The notes: generated from the letters alone by a model not told the origin. A stretch of DNA of 64,000 nucleotides from Gemmatimonadaceae bacterium (GCA_035646395.1 DASRPK010000118.1:5920-69919), one strand, 5' to 3'; shown: positions 35,008 through 45,750, counted from the first letter of the stretch. Numbers and translations: made by a program.

Positions 35008-36930
35008 TCAACTCCTGCGCTCAAGGAACCATCCACCAAGCGGAAGCGAGCTGGCACGCCAGCCGTGGGGAATCAGCAGCGTTGCGTCAGGCAGCGCGAT
35101 CACGGCTCGACCCGAAACGGTGACGTCGAGCGCTCCGCCGTTGTCGACCGACATTTCGTCGGACCAGGCGTTAGGTCCCGTGCGCGCGAGTGCCACGGTG
35201 CGCGTCTCACCGGATCGAACAGACCGGGCCGACACCACCTCCACCGGGACGGGAAGTTCGAAGCCGTACCGGCGCAGATGCATGGCCGCGAAACGATCGG
35301 CGAGAGTCGACGGCGCCATCCCGGGTTCGTACGACACCTCGAGCTCGTGTCCCTGGCCGCGATACCGCATGCGCGCCACGTGCAGCACGTTAGGCGCGGA
35401 GCCGGTGCGCAACGCCAGGCCTTCGAACAGGGACGCCAGCGCGGCGCCGCTCATCTCGTCCAGGCGATTCATGACACTGCCGATCGCCGTGCGGCGTTCC
35501 GGCGCCACGGCCAACCCGAGCGCGCTCAGCACACCGGCATGTGGCGGCACCAGCACCCGCGTCATGCCCAGGCGATCGGCCAGGCCGCAGGCGTGGAGTG
35601 GCCCCCCGCCCCCGAACGCGACCAGCACGCACGCGCGCGGATCGATGCCACGCTCCACACTCACCCGCCGAAGCGCGCGCGCCATGGCGGCGTCAGCGGC
35701 GGCGATGATCGCTTCGGCCGTCTTCTCAGTCGTGCTGCCAACCCGGGTGGCGAGAGCGGCGACCGACTCGCGGGCAGCACATGCGTCCAGTTGCACCGCG
35801 TCACTGACGTGCGCCGCGGCAATGTTGCCTAACGCAACGTGGGCGTCGGTGACGGTGGGCTGCGTGCCGCCGCGGCCGAAGGCCACCGGGCCAGGCACCG
35901 CCCCCGCACTCCGCGGGCCGGCGCGCAGGGCGCCACCCTCGTCGACCCAGCCGATGCTGCCCCCGCCCGCCGATACCGTTTCCACCAGGACGCGCGGCAG
36001 CGCAATCGGAACGCCGGCGACCATCCCTCCCGACTCCACCAACGGCTCGCCATCGAGAATCAGTCCGACGTCGGCACTCGTACCGCCGATGTCGATGGAC
36101 AGCGCCTTATCAAAACCTGCCATGCGCGCGACCAGTGCCGCCCCGGCAACTCCTCCGGCAGGTCCGGACAATGCCAGCGATGCCGCCGAGCGTGCGGCAT
36201 CCGCTGCGTCGGCCATTCCGCCACCCGAGCCAACGACGCCCGGTGATGGGAGCCCAATCGCCTCGAGCCGATCGGCCAGCCGTTGCAGGTACACACCTAC
36301 ACCGGGCCGCGCGTACGCCTCGCAGCACGTCGTGGCGGTACGCTCGTACTCCCTGATCTCCGGCAGGACGTCGCTCGAGCACACGACGTCGACGCCCGGT
36401 AGGCGTCGAGCAATCGCCGCGGCGAGACGACGCTCGTGCGTGGCGTCCTTGTAGCTGTGCAGGAGCGAGATCGCGACGATCTCGGGAGCACATTGGGCGA
36501 CCAGCTCGGCTGCGCTTGCCGCGGACTCGTCAGGCAGATCCTGCAGCATGCCTTCGGGTGCGAGCCGGCCGGCAACCGCCACAACGCGGTCCGGTGCAAC
36601 GAGGGGATCCGGATGTTGCGCGGCGAGGTCGTAGAGGGACGCTCGCTCCTGTCGCCGGAGCTCGAGCAGGTCAGTGGCCCCGGCGGTGGCACACAGGACA
36701 ACGCGCGCTCCGCGCCGTTCCAGCAACATGTTCGTCACAACGGTCGTGCCGTGAACGATGCGGGACACGCTGCCCGGCCTGGCTCCAGCTTCGCGCAACG
36801 ATCGTTCGACGCCCTCGCTCTGGTCGGCCGGAGTACTCAGGACCTTCCCCGTGCGAACGGAACCGTCGTCGCGTACGCCGACGAGGTCCGTGAATGTGCC
36901 GCCGACATCGATACCGATGGACTCCGTCAT
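35008..36930 (-). CDS. hydantoinase A / oxoprolinase family protein
   Basis: IGIDVGGTFTDLVGV N-terminus and LSIDIGGTSADV second ATPase motif. Confidence 0.85.
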   Translation of the reverse strand: MTESIGIDVGGTFTDLVGVRDDGSVRTGKVLSTPADQSEGVERSLREAGARPGSVSRIVHGTTVVTNMLLERRGARVVLCATAGATDLLELRRQERASLYDLAAQHPDPLVAPDRVVAVAGRLAPEGMLQDLPDESAASAAELVAQCAPEIVAISLLHSYKDATHERRLAAAIARRLPGVDVVCSSDVLPEIREYERTATTCCEAYARPGVGVYLQRLADRLEAIGLPSPGVVGSGGGMADAADAARSAASLALSGPAGGVAGAALVARMAGFDKALSIDIGGTSADVGLILDGEPLVESGGMVAGVPIALPRVLVETVSAGGGSIGWVDEGGALRAGPRSAGAVPGPVAFGRGGTQPTVTDAHVALGNIAAAHVSDAVQLDACAARESVAALATRVGSTTEKTAEAIIAAADAAMARALRRVSVERGIDPRACVLVAFGGGGPLHACGLADRLGMTRVLVPPHAGVLSALGLAVAPERRTAIGSVMNRLDEMSGAALASLFEGLALRTGSAPNVLHVARMRYRGQGHELEVSYEPGMAPSTLADRFAAMHLRRYGFELPVPVEVVSARSVRSGETRTVALARTGPNAWSDEMSVDNGGALDVTVSGRAVIALPDATLLIPHGWRASSLPLGGWFLERRS

Positions 36931-38177
36931 GCGTCGGCTGTCACCGGTGCGACGCGCGATGCATCAGGCTTCGCCCGCTCGCGGAACATCCATGCCGCGA
37001 CCAGCGCAGCCGGCGCGACGAGTGCGATCACGGCAAAGCTTCCCTGCCGCAGCCCGGGGAGGACCGGAGCGATCAGCCCGAACGCGGTAAGCGCGCCGAC
37101 AATGGTGGCGAGCCAGAACACCACACGGCGTCCCTGCATGCTTCGCGATCCGACCGCCATCGCAAGGAGTACGACGAGCCAGAGGGGATTGTAGGCGAAC
37201 ACGTTGGTGTTCTGGTACGCGGCGAGGTGCGGCGTCAGGAACCGCAGGTAGAGCAGCACCAACCCGAATACACTCAACAGCACCGTAATGCCGATTGCCA
37301 GTGGCATTGCGGCGCGTTTCCCCTGCCTCCAGAGAAGAAACAGGCCGCCGCCTAACGCCAAGCCAATGAGCCCAAGCGGAATCACGAGCAGCGGCGGCGA
37401 CGATCGCTCCGGCGCTCGCTGCGCCAGGTACAGCGTCCGCTCCGACAGCACGAATGGCACCAGCGCCCCGGTCTCGTCAGGCACGCGAAGCTCGCGAACG
37501 CGATCGCGGACCTTCATCGGGATGAACATCTCTTCCCACGCCGAGATCTCGCGATCCGTCGGCCGCCCCAGGCCGATATCGATCCCGACAACCGCCAGGC
37601 GGTCTTCGGCCATGAGCCGCAGCGCGTGCCAGCGATACGACGTCCCCGTCATCAACGAATCCGTCGCCGTCTTCAGCGCCCCGCCAATGACGCCATTGAG
37701 GGCGTCACGGACGCGCGTGGAACAATTGTCGCGGAAGTAATCGTACCGGTAATACTTGTTCTCTTCCTTCAGGTTGAACTGGATGAAGTCACGCAACGCG
37801 ATCCGCTGCGGCGGCGAAAGGTTCAACTCCTGCACTTCGACGGTCCGATTGGACGCGCGATAATCTGCGAGCGTGGACGCAGCGTCCTGCCCGCCCATCC
37901 AGTACAGCAGTTCGCCGCGCAGGAACTTGCCAATGAAGCCTTCCTCGAACGCAAACAATCCCCAGTTATAGACGATATCGCGGCCAGTGCTGTTGTCGCG
38001 GATGCCGATCGCGTTATGCCCGTACGCCTCCCAGACCATGTCCCCCTGGCCCATGGTCATCAGGTAGACCGTCAACTCGCTGCCCGGCACCGACGCCGAG
38101 TCCGCGACCTGGGCACCGCCTGACGAGGACGCAGCGATGAGCGCTGCCACGGCACGGATCAGAGTCTGACTTCGCAC
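36927..38177 (-). CDS. DUF4105 (Lnb-like N-terminal) domain membrane protein
   Basis: Signal peptide, then YLMTMGQGDMVWEAYGHNAIGIRD...VYNWGLFAF, then C-terminal TM helices. ATGA overlap with the hyuA-like gene. Confidence 0.55.
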   Translation of the reverse strand: MRSQTLIRAVAALIAASSSGGAQVADSASVPGSELTVYLMTMGQGDMVWEAYGHNAIGIRDNSTGRDIVYNWGLFAFEEGFIGKFLRGELLYWMGGQDAASTLADYRASNRTVEVQELNLSPPQRIALRDFIQFNLKEENKYYRYDYFRDNCSTRVRDALNGVIGGALKTATDSLMTGTSYRWHALRLMAEDRLAVVGIDIGLGRPTDREISAWEEMFIPMKVRDRVRELRVPDETGALVPFVLSERTLYLAQRAPERSSPPLLVIPLGLIGLALGGGLFLLWRQGKRAAMPLAIGITVLLSVFGLVLLYLRFLTPHLAAYQNTNVFAYNPLWLVVLLAMAVGSRSMQGRRVVFWLATIVGALTAFGLIAPVLPGLRQGSFAVIALVAPAALVAAWMFRERAKPDASRVAPVTADA

Positions 38178-39163
38178 TTTTCGTCGGCTGAACGGTACGC
38201 TGCTTCGAGAATGCGGTGCAGTGTGAGCTGGTCCGTGGGCGCTTCATACGCAGAATCCCCGCGCACGATCGCCACGAAGTGCGCCAGCTCGGCGCGATAC
38301 GACTGGATGAACGTGCTCTCCCGTCCCGCGGCGCCCATCGGTGAGACGTCCACCGGCCGTCCGTTCAACTCCTTGACCACGCGCAGCGGCGCCAGGCGCG
38401 CACTCCCGCGCGACGAAATCGACTCGAACCACCAGCGGTCATCATCTCCCACGTACGACCACGACAGGTCGAACGTACACGCCATCCCGTTGGCGCATTC
38501 GAGCGTTACCAGCGCGGTCTCCTCGACCGAGTTCGGGCCAAGCGGTCGATTGACATGCGCCCAGACACGGCGTGGCGGCGGATAGTCGGCGAGCCACAAC
38601 GCCAGGTCGAGCAGCGACAATCCAAGGTCGAACAGTGCGCCACCGCCGGATTCCGCGCGATTGAGCCGCCATCCACTCACGGTGCCGTGCAGCTTGTACG
38701 CGCCGGCACGAAATCCGGTCAGGGTGCCGAGTTCACCACCGCGCAGGAACCGGTCGAGCGCTTGAACGTCGCTGCGAAATCGGTGGTTGTTGGCAGTGAC
38801 CACCTTTCGGCCGGCCACGGTCGCTGCGTCGAGTATCGTCTGGACGCCGCGTGCCGTGAGCGCCAGCGGCCGCTCGCACAACACGTCGACGCCTGACGCG
38901 AGCGCCTCGAGGACGTACGGCTGATGCAGCAGCGACGGCGTACTGATGATGATCGCGTCGAGCGCACTGCCGCTGAAAAGGTCCTCGAGGTCCGTGTACA
39001 CGTCCGCAACCTCGAAGCGGTCGGCGAGCGCGCGGGCCTTGGCCCGATCGATGTCGCATAACGCGACGACGTTCACGCCCCGCATGTTCCGGAGGACCGG
39101 AAGGTGCGCAACCTGCGCGATGGCGCCGGTCCCAACCACCGCGATTCGAACGTCCGGCCTCAT
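38159..39163 (-). CDS. Gfo/Idh/MocA-family oxidoreductase
   Basis: IAVVGTGAIAQVAHLPVL Rossmann N-terminus plus VLCERPLAL. Confidence 0.75.
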   Translation of the reverse strand: MRPDVRIAVVGTGAIAQVAHLPVLRNMRGVNVVALCDIDRAKARALADRFEVADVYTDLEDLFSGSALDAIIISTPSLLHQPYVLEALASGVDVLCERPLALTARGVQTILDAATVAGRKVVTANNHRFRSDVQALDRFLRGGELGTLTGFRAGAYKLHGTVSGWRLNRAESGGGALFDLGLSLLDLALWLADYPPPRRVWAHVNRPLGPNSVEETALVTLECANGMACTFDLSWSYVGDDDRWWFESISSRGSARLAPLRVVKELNGRPVDVSPMGAAGRESTFIQSYRAELAHFVAIVRGDSAYEAPTDQLTLHRILEAAYRSADEKCEVRL

Positions 39164-39187
39164 GGACCTCGCTGGAGCAGCGTCAGT

Positions 39188-40441
39188 TCAGGGAGCGCGC
39201 GTGATATCCGCGCCCGGATAATATGCCTTGAGGATCGCCCGGAAGTCGTCACCGGCGCGTGCCCTTGCGATCGCTCCCCACTGGCACATTCCGACGCCGT
39301 GGCCATTCCCTTGCCCACGGACCACCACCGCCTGCAGCACGCCGGACGGATTTCGCTCGGCGGCGACCGTGAACGCGGTACTTGGCAGCAGCTCCCCGGC
39401 CGCGGGGCGCAGGACGTAGCGAACGTCATTGGTGCGCAGCGTCACGTCGCCGGCGCCGGTTGCGATCACGATGGTCCCGGCGCGCCCGCTCCGAGTCCGA
39501 CTCTCCACGCGCACATCGCGAATTGAACCGGCCGCGCCTGCGGGCACGGTGGTGTAGTTACGCGCGTGACGCTCGATCGAAACGGCCAGGTCCGCGGCAC
39601 TGAGGCGGCGCTCCCACTGGGCGCGCGGCGAAAGCGCGCACCAGGGACGCCCTGTTGCTGGATTGGTGTCACTGACGGCCCGAAGGAAACCGTCCTGTCC
39701 TCCGCGCCACACTTCGCTCGGCGGCGCTGTGTGACCTCCGCACGCGGAATGGTATGGACCGCTGACGACCTGGCCCCGATAGCTGAGCACCCAGCCGGCG
39801 GTCGCGGCAACAGCGAGGTCGCCCCAGAACGTTTCCGCGCCCACGCCACCATAGACCTGGTCGACGTCCGTCGCGCGAACATCGAAGTCCCTTCGTCCGG
39901 CGGCAAGCATCCGCGTGTACGTGTAGCTGCGCGCTGCGACGGCCTGCGCCTCGACGGCGGCATGATCACTCGTCAGGCGCGCGCCGATTTCAAGCGGAAC
40001 CACGGCGCGCAGATAATCTTCCACGTCAACACGATTGACGATAAGCAGCGCCGTGTCCGTCGGCACGAACGCCAGTGCTCCGCGATACGTCTTCTGCAGC
40101 CACGGGACGTCACCACCGGTCTCCAGCGTAAGAGACCCCTCGACCCACGGCGACGAGGGTGCATCCGCATAAATCACGCGAAGGCGGCGGCCCTCGCGGA
40201 ATACCGACCAACGATCGCTCGTCTCGCCGCTGGCAATCACCCGGCGTCCTGCATCGATCAGCTTCCACTTCGTGGCTTGCGGCAGGGCCGCCTCACGAGG
40301 GACCGAGGCGAGGAGGACGCGAACCGGCCGGCTCGAGGGTGTTTGTGCTGGACGCGCAGCAACAATCGCAGCCAGCGCACCGCACAGCGCCAGCAGGCTT
40401 CCGCGCCCCGCCCGGCGCCTCAGGTCAGCGCCCAAACGCAC
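39188..40441 (-). CDS. SpoIID/LytB domain-containing protein
   Basis: VNRVDVEDYLRAVVPLE...AQAVAARSYT...YHSACGGHT...GHGVGMCQWGA motifs. Confidence 0.8.
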   Translation of the reverse strand: MRLGADLRRRAGRGSLLALCGALAAIVAARPAQTPSSRPVRVLLASVPREAALPQATKWKLIDAGRRVIASGETSDRWSVFREGRRLRVIYADAPSSPWVEGSLTLETGGDVPWLQKTYRGALAFVPTDTALLIVNRVDVEDYLRAVVPLEIGARLTSDHAAVEAQAVAARSYTYTRMLAAGRRDFDVRATDVDQVYGGVGAETFWGDLAVAATAGWVLSYRGQVVSGPYHSACGGHTAPPSEVWRGGQDGFLRAVSDTNPATGRPWCALSPRAQWERRLSAADLAVSIERHARNYTTVPAGAAGSIRDVRVESRTRSGRAGTIVIATGAGDVTLRTNDVRYVLRPAAGELLPSTAFTVAAERNPSGVLQAVVVRGQGNGHGVGMCQWGAIARARAGDDFRAILKAYYPGADITRAP

Positions 40442-41816
40442 CTGCCGTCGACATGACGGGAAGGACCCGTGGCTTTGTCACCACGTGCGCGACTCGTTCA
40501 CTCAGCCGCCTGACGAGAGTCGCCTCGAAGTCGACGTCATTGACCACGGCAACGAGCGTCACTTCGACGATGTCCCCGGGTCCGATCCCTGCCGTGCGAT
40601 TGAGCCATGTCACGCCGTCGATCTCGTCGGCCTGTCCGTCCGTTCGGGCCTGTACGCGTCCGTCGGCCGTAATCCTGTCGACGATCGCGCTGACCGTCCG
40701 GCCCAGCTCACTCTCATACCCCTCCGTCGTCACGAGGCGCTGGACCTCGTTGACGCGTTCGAGACGTTCCCGTTTCACGTCGTCAGGCACGTCATCGGGG
40801 AGGTCGAATGCCCTCGTGCCTTCCTGCGCCGAATAGGTGAACACGCCGACGCGGTCGAGGCGCACCTCGGCGAGGAAATCGAGGAGTTGCTGCACGTCCT
40901 CTTCCGTTTCGCCCGGGAAGCCGACGATGACGGTCGACCGGATGGCCACATTGGGGACGGCCTCGCGAATCAGCCGCAGCTTTTCGCGCTGGCGTGCCTG
41001 CCGCTCCGGCCGGCGCATGCGTTCGAGGACGGCATCGGACGCATGCTGCATCGGGATGTCCAGATACCGCAGGATCCGCGGCTCCCGGGCCATGAGGTCG
41101 AGCATGCGCGGCGTTAGGCCGGCGCTATAGATGTACAGGAGTCGAAACCAGGGAATTCCGGTTTCAGCCACCAGCGTGCTGAGAAGGTCGGGCAAGCCGC
41201 GTCCGTCGCGCACATCGCGACCATAATGGGCCAGATCCTGCGCCACGAGGTTGATCTCGCGCGCCCCCTGCAGCTCGAGCAGCTGTGCCTCGCGCACGAC
41301 CTCGTCCATGGCAAACGAGCGGTGCCGGCCCCGCATGAGCGGGATCGCGCAGAAGGCGCACCCGTGATCGCACCCTTCGCTGATCTTGAGGTAGCGAACG
41401 TGCGGAAGGTCGCCCGTATACAGCCGGACGCCGGGATGCACGAGGGCCGGTGCGTCGTCGAAGAGTCCGCGCGACGACACTTCACTGATCAGGCGATCGG
41501 TCTCACGCGTTCCGAGGAAGACATCGACTTCGGGAAGTGAGTCGCGAAGCTCGCCGGCGTGACGCTCGACCATGCAGCCCACGGCCGCGATCATACGGCA
41601 ATTGCCCGACGACTTGAACCGCGTGGCCTCGATGATCGCCTCGAGGGACTCCTCCTTGGCGGCGTCGATGAAGCCGCAGGTGTTGACGACGATGAGGTCC
41701 GCCTCGTCCGCGTCCGGCGTGGACTGCGCACCGAGCGCCGTCAACTCGGCGACGTAGCGTTCCGAGTCAACGGTGTTTTTGTCGCAGCCCAGGGTGACGA
41801 CGTGGAAGCGCATCAA
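40425..41816 (-). CDS. rimO: ribosomal protein S12 methylthiotransferase
   Basis: FHVVTLGCDKNTVDSE (MTTase N domain), ISEGCDHGCAFCAIP (radical SAM CxxxCxxC), C-terminal TRAM-like region. Confidence 0.85.
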   Translation of the reverse strand: MMRFHVVTLGCDKNTVDSERYVAELTALGAQSTPDADEADLIVVNTCGFIDAAKEESLEAIIEATRFKSSGNCRMIAAVGCMVERHAGELRDSLPEVDVFLGTRETDRLISEVSSRGLFDDAPALVHPGVRLYTGDLPHVRYLKISEGCDHGCAFCAIPLMRGRHRSFAMDEVVREAQLLELQGAREINLVAQDLAHYGRDVRDGRGLPDLLSTLVAETGIPWFRLLYIYSAGLTPRMLDLMAREPRILRYLDIPMQHASDAVLERMRRPERQARQREKLRLIREAVPNVAIRSTVIVGFPGETEEDVQQLLDFLAEVRLDRVGVFTYSAQEGTRAFDLPDDVPDDVKRERLERVNEVQRLVTTEGYESELGRTVSAIVDRITADGRVQARTDGQADEIDGVTWLNRTAGIGPGDIVEVTLVAVVNDVDFEATLVRRLSERVAHVVTKPRVLPVMSTAGAFGR

Positions 41817-41958
41817 CGCACGGTGAGAGCCAGCGGCGGTTCTGTTTCATGAGAATGACCAAAGGAACCTAACATTTGCGCGCGGTCGGCGGTCACGGCA
41901 TCTCATGAACTGGCGGACTATCGGACGGTTCCCTAGCTTCGCGTTGGGCGGTCCTGAC

Positions 41959-44463
41959 ATGAGTACGAGCACCGAAGTTCTGAGCGGGTTGTTCGCCGGT
42001 CGATATTCGATCGAGCGGGAGATCGGGCGCGGGGCGACGGCAATAGTCTACCTCGCCCGAGACGGGCACACCGGCCGCATGGTGGCGCTGAAAGTGCTGC
42101 GCGACGCACTCTTGGAATCCAGGAGCGTCGTCCAGTTCCTGCGCGAGATCGAGCACCATCAGGGGTTGACGCACCCGTCAATCGTGCCGGTGCTGAATTC
42201 CGGCGAAGCGGATGGCCGGCCATTCATCGTCCTTCCGTACATGGAAGGCGGTACGCTTCGCACTCGATTAACCCGCGAGCGTCAACTGCCGTATGCGGAG
42301 GTCATCGCCATCGGTACGGCGGTCTGCGAGGCCCTCGCCCACGCGCACGCGCGCGGCCTGATCCACCGTGACGTCAAGCCGGAAAATATTCTTTTCGCCA
42401 ATGGCCAGGCGCACCTCAGTGACTTCGGCATCGCGCGCGCGCTGGAGCGGATGGTCGGCGACGCCACGACATCAACCGGCATCATTCGCGGCACTCCTGC
42501 GTACGTAAGCCCCGAGCAGGCTGGCGGCCTCATTGAATACGATGGGCGTACCGACGTCTACTCGCTCGGCTGCGTGCTGTACGAAATGATTGCCGGTGTC
42601 CAGCCATTTGTCGGTCCGACGCCGCAATCCGTGATCGCGCAGCGGTTGTCGTATCGCCCAACGGCCGTATCGCAATTTCGTGAGACGGTGCCCTTCGATC
42701 TCGAAGCAGTGGTGGCTCGATCGATGATGGTGACGCCGGCGGACCGTTACCAATCCGCCGCCGAGATGCTCGAGGCGCTCCAGTCGGCAGGGACCGAACC
42801 CTCGGACCCCACCGAACGCACGCGGGTGAGACACGGCGACCGCAGGAAGACAGCGGCTCTGGCGGTTGCCGCTTTCGTCGCGATCGCGGCGCTCGTCATT
42901 TCGTTATGGCCGGATGCGGAAACCCCGGCAGTCATCCCGGAAGGAGATCCACGGCGCGTTGCCGTGCTGTACATGAACTCGACGACGCCCGACGTGCTGC
43001 CTGAATACGTCGCGGACGGAATCACCGAAGACCTGATCGACCAACTCGGCGGTGTGGATGCGTTACATGTCATCTCACCCGATGGCGTTAGGCAATTCCG
43101 CAACAGCTCCCCGCCAGTCGACAGCATTCAGCGCAGCTTGAAAGTCGGGACCATCGTCAGCGGCAGCATACGGCGTTCGGGAAACACACTTCGCGCTACA
43201 GTTCGCCTGACTGACGCGAAGACGGGTCAGCAGATTGAGAGCTGGACACAGGACCAGCCGTGGACCGAACTCTTTACCCTGCAGGACCTGCTCGCACAAC
43301 AAGTGCAGTTCTGGTTGCGACAGCGCATTGGTGAGGTGATTGCGCTGCGCAGGAATCGCGCGGCAACGAGATCGGTCCCTTCGTGGGAGGCCGTGCAACT
43401 GGCCAGCCGGGAGGTGCGCCGAGCCGTCCAGGCGGCGGCCACGCGCGGCGACACCTCAGTGCGCCTCTTCCTGCGGGCGGACTCACTTTACGCGCGCGCA
43501 AGCGAGCTCGATCCGGGGTGGACGCTTCCCCTCGTCAGGCGGGGGAACCTGGCCTTGCTCGCGCTGGCCGCGCGCTCCCCGGTACCGCCTAACGCGGCCG
43601 ACAGCGTACGCTACCAGGCCATGCCGATTCCAGAGCGAAGCCGGCTCTGGATCGAACGTGCGCGCGAACTGGCAACCCAGGCGCTCGCAAAGGATCCAGG
43701 AGATGCCCTGGCGCTGGCGCTTCTCGGACAAGCTGACCTTTCCCTGGCATCCGCAACGCCCGACCTGCGCGATTCGCTCCTCGCGAGCGCTGAGCGCAAT
43801 CTGCGGACCGCGCTCGAAGAACGCCCCGACAATGCGCCGACCTGGTCCGCGCTTGCCGAACTGCTCGTCCAACGCGGGCGTTACGGGGACGCGGCGACCG
43901 CTGCGCGGAACGCGATCGAGGCCGATGCCTGGTTCGAAGTTCGTCGAGTCCTCGCGACCGCATTTTCAGCGTCGCTGGCGGCCGAACAGTTCGAGGATGC
44001 CCGAAAGTGGTGCCGCTTGGGGCTCTCGTATTACCCCGGTGATCCCCGGTTCACCGAGTGCAACCTGCGCATCCTCGGCTCCAGCGCTCAATCCCGTGCA
44101 GCGGTGCCTGACGCGTGGGCGGAAGTTGCACAAATCGAGGCGGCTGACAGCCTCCGCCGACTCGATGCGACCTGGGGCTACCGGCGACTCATGGTGGCAG
44201 CAATTCTGGCCCAGAGTGGATTACAGGACAGCGCTCGCGCGGTGATGGAAGTGGTCACGCGCCAGCAGCCGGAAATCGCGGAGCAGCCATCCCGCCCGGC
44301 AGAGGCATACCTGCACCTGCTGCTGGGCGACCGCGACGCGGCCGTGCAGACCCTGGTCGACTACCTGCGCGCGTTGCCGCCGGGGAGCGGCACCCAGATC
44401 CTGATGCATCCCTGGTTTGTCACCGTGCGTGACGATCCCCGGCTTGCTTCGCTATCGCGTTAG
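41959..44463 (+). CDS. Ser/Thr protein kinase with TolB-N-like and TPR domains
   Basis: From ATG 41959: GRYSIEREIGRGATAIVYLARD...VALKVL...HRDVKPENILF...DFGIAR...GTPAYVSPEQ. One TM segment follows, then RVAVLYMNS...ITEDLIDQLG and C-terminal TPR-like helices. Confidence 0.85.
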   Translation: MSTSTEVLSGLFAGRYSIEREIGRGATAIVYLARDGHTGRMVALKVLRDALLESRSVVQFLREIEHHQGLTHPSIVPVLNSGEADGRPFIVLPYMEGGTLRTRLTRERQLPYAEVIAIGTAVCEALAHAHARGLIHRDVKPENILFANGQAHLSDFGIARALERMVGDATTSTGIIRGTPAYVSPEQAGGLIEYDGRTDVYSLGCVLYEMIAGVQPFVGPTPQSVIAQRLSYRPTAVSQFRETVPFDLEAVVARSMMVTPADRYQSAAEMLEALQSAGTEPSDPTERTRVRHGDRRKTAALAVAAFVAIAALVISLWPDAETPAVIPEGDPRRVAVLYMNSTTPDVLPEYVADGITEDLIDQLGGVDALHVISPDGVRQFRNSSPPVDSIQRSLKVGTIVSGSIRRSGNTLRATVRLTDAKTGQQIESWTQDQPWTELFTLQDLLAQQVQFWLRQRIGEVIALRRNRAATRSVPSWEAVQLASREVRRAVQAAATRGDTSVRLFLRADSLYARASELDPGWTLPLVRRGNLALLALAARSPVPPNAADSVRYQAMPIPERSRLWIERARELATQALAKDPGDALALALLGQADLSLASATPDLRDSLLASAERNLRTALEERPDNAPTWSALAELLVQRGRYGDAATAARNAIEADAWFEVRRVLATAFSASLAAEQFEDARKWCRLGLSYYPGDPRFTECNLRILGSSAQSRAAVPDAWAEVAQIEAADSLRRLDATWGYRRLMVAAILAQSGLQDSARAVMEVVTRQQPEIAEQPSRPAEAYLHLLLGDRDAAVQTLVDYLRALPPGSGTQILMHPWFVTVRDDPRLASLSR

Positions 44464-44464
44464 G

Positions 44465-44884
44465 TCAGCGCGCGGCGACGTCCTTGATCGTGGCAAGCTT
44501 GCGCGTCAGGGCTTCCGCCTTGCCCTTGTTCGTTGCCCAGTAGTAGGAGACGAGAAACTTCTCCGTGGCGTCCCTGGTCAGGAATATCGCGTCGATGCCT
44601 GCGGGGAGTTTGGTGGTGGTACGCTTGCCATCCTTCGTTTCGACGGTGATTGAAACGCTGGTCACGTAGTCGGCACTTTGTACTGCCATCATCGAGTCAG
44701 GACACGTCCAGTCGGAAACGCCGACATGCCAGCAGGGGCCGGACATCATCACCGCCGTTCGACTGCTTGGTTGCGCTGCGTTCGCAGAGGCGGCCGAGTC
44801 GTCGGAGAGCACATAGGCAACTCCAAGAGTGGCCGCGACGAGGCCGAGAACAACGATCGAATTGCGAAGTCTTGAGCCAGCCAT
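44465..44884 (-). CDS. hypothetical secreted/membrane-anchored protein
   Basis: From ATG 44884: MAGSRLRNSIVVLGLVAATLGVAYV signal or anchor. No family recognised. The stop abuts the kinase stop. Confidence 0.4.
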   Translation of the reverse strand: MAGSRLRNSIVVLGLVAATLGVAYVLSDDSAASANAAQPSSRTAVMMSGPCWHVGVSDWTCPDSMMAVQSADYVTSVSITVETKDGKRTTTKLPAGIDAIFLTRDATEKFLVSYYWATNKGKAEALTRKLATIKDVAAR

Positions 44885-45073
44885 GGTTCGTTCTCCGTTG
44901 GTGAACACGATCCCGCCGTCCGCTTTGTCCACACGACGATACCGGTGACGGTCGCCTTGTCAAATCCAGCGCCGGGGCGGCCTGCTGAAGGGAGCCACTG
45001 GGCGGTCCTGACTCCCTCCAGCGTGCGACGGACTGAAACTCAAGCCCGACGCGGCCTCACTCGCGGTCCCGGA

Positions 45074-45601
45074 CTAACGGGACTGAGCCCCGGCAATGAC
45101 GCCGAGCTGTACGTCGGTGCGGTCTTCGAATCCCACGACCCAGATCCTGGCGCCGAGATATGCCTCGCACTCCCACGTCAGCCCGGGCATGACCCGGTAC
45201 GACCCGTCGTTCAACCGCAGAGCTAATCCGGCATCCGACTGCTCCAGCACACCATCGAGCGCCGGACGACCATGCATTCCGGTAACCGTGAACTTCTGAA
45301 CCACGAAACCGGGATTGGCGTCCCACGTCCCCCAGACCACCGCATCCCCACCATCCACATTCGCCAACGCGATCGTCTCGATTCCAATCAGACGAAACAC
45401 GTCGCCATGATCGTCGCGGAGCTCTACGATGCGATCGGCCCCGATCCCACTCACCAGAATCCGGCCTGAAAGCGCGGCCGTTGATGGGACAGGGACGACC
45501 GGATACTTCCCCACATCCACCGTGCCCGGATTCGCCGTCGGCTTATCGGTGCAGGCCACCATCATGGCACAAGCCATGACGAAAAGGTGAGCACGCTTCA
45601 T
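45074..45601 (-). CDS. hypothetical lipoprotein
   Basis: From ATG 45601: MKRAHLFVMACAMMVACTDK lipobox. No family recognised. Confidence 0.45.
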   Translation of the reverse strand: MKRAHLFVMACAMMVACTDKPTANPGTVDVGKYPVVPVPSTAALSGRILVSGIGADRIVELRDDHGDVFRLIGIETIALANVDGGDAVVWGTWDANPGFVVQKFTVTGMHGRPALDGVLEQSDAGLALRLNDGSYRVMPGLTWECEAYLGARIWVVGFEDRTDVQLGVIAGAQSR

Positions 45602-45750
45602 ACCGATCCTCCCGTTTGCGACTCCTTCCGCGCAGAAGGTTACCGGTAACGGGTTCCGGGCTCGTTCAATTGGGGTTCGCCAGCCGTTCTTTTCGCGTTC
45701 CTTCCCTGTTGAACGACGATACGGCACTCTAGCTTGGCCTTCGCCTCCCC

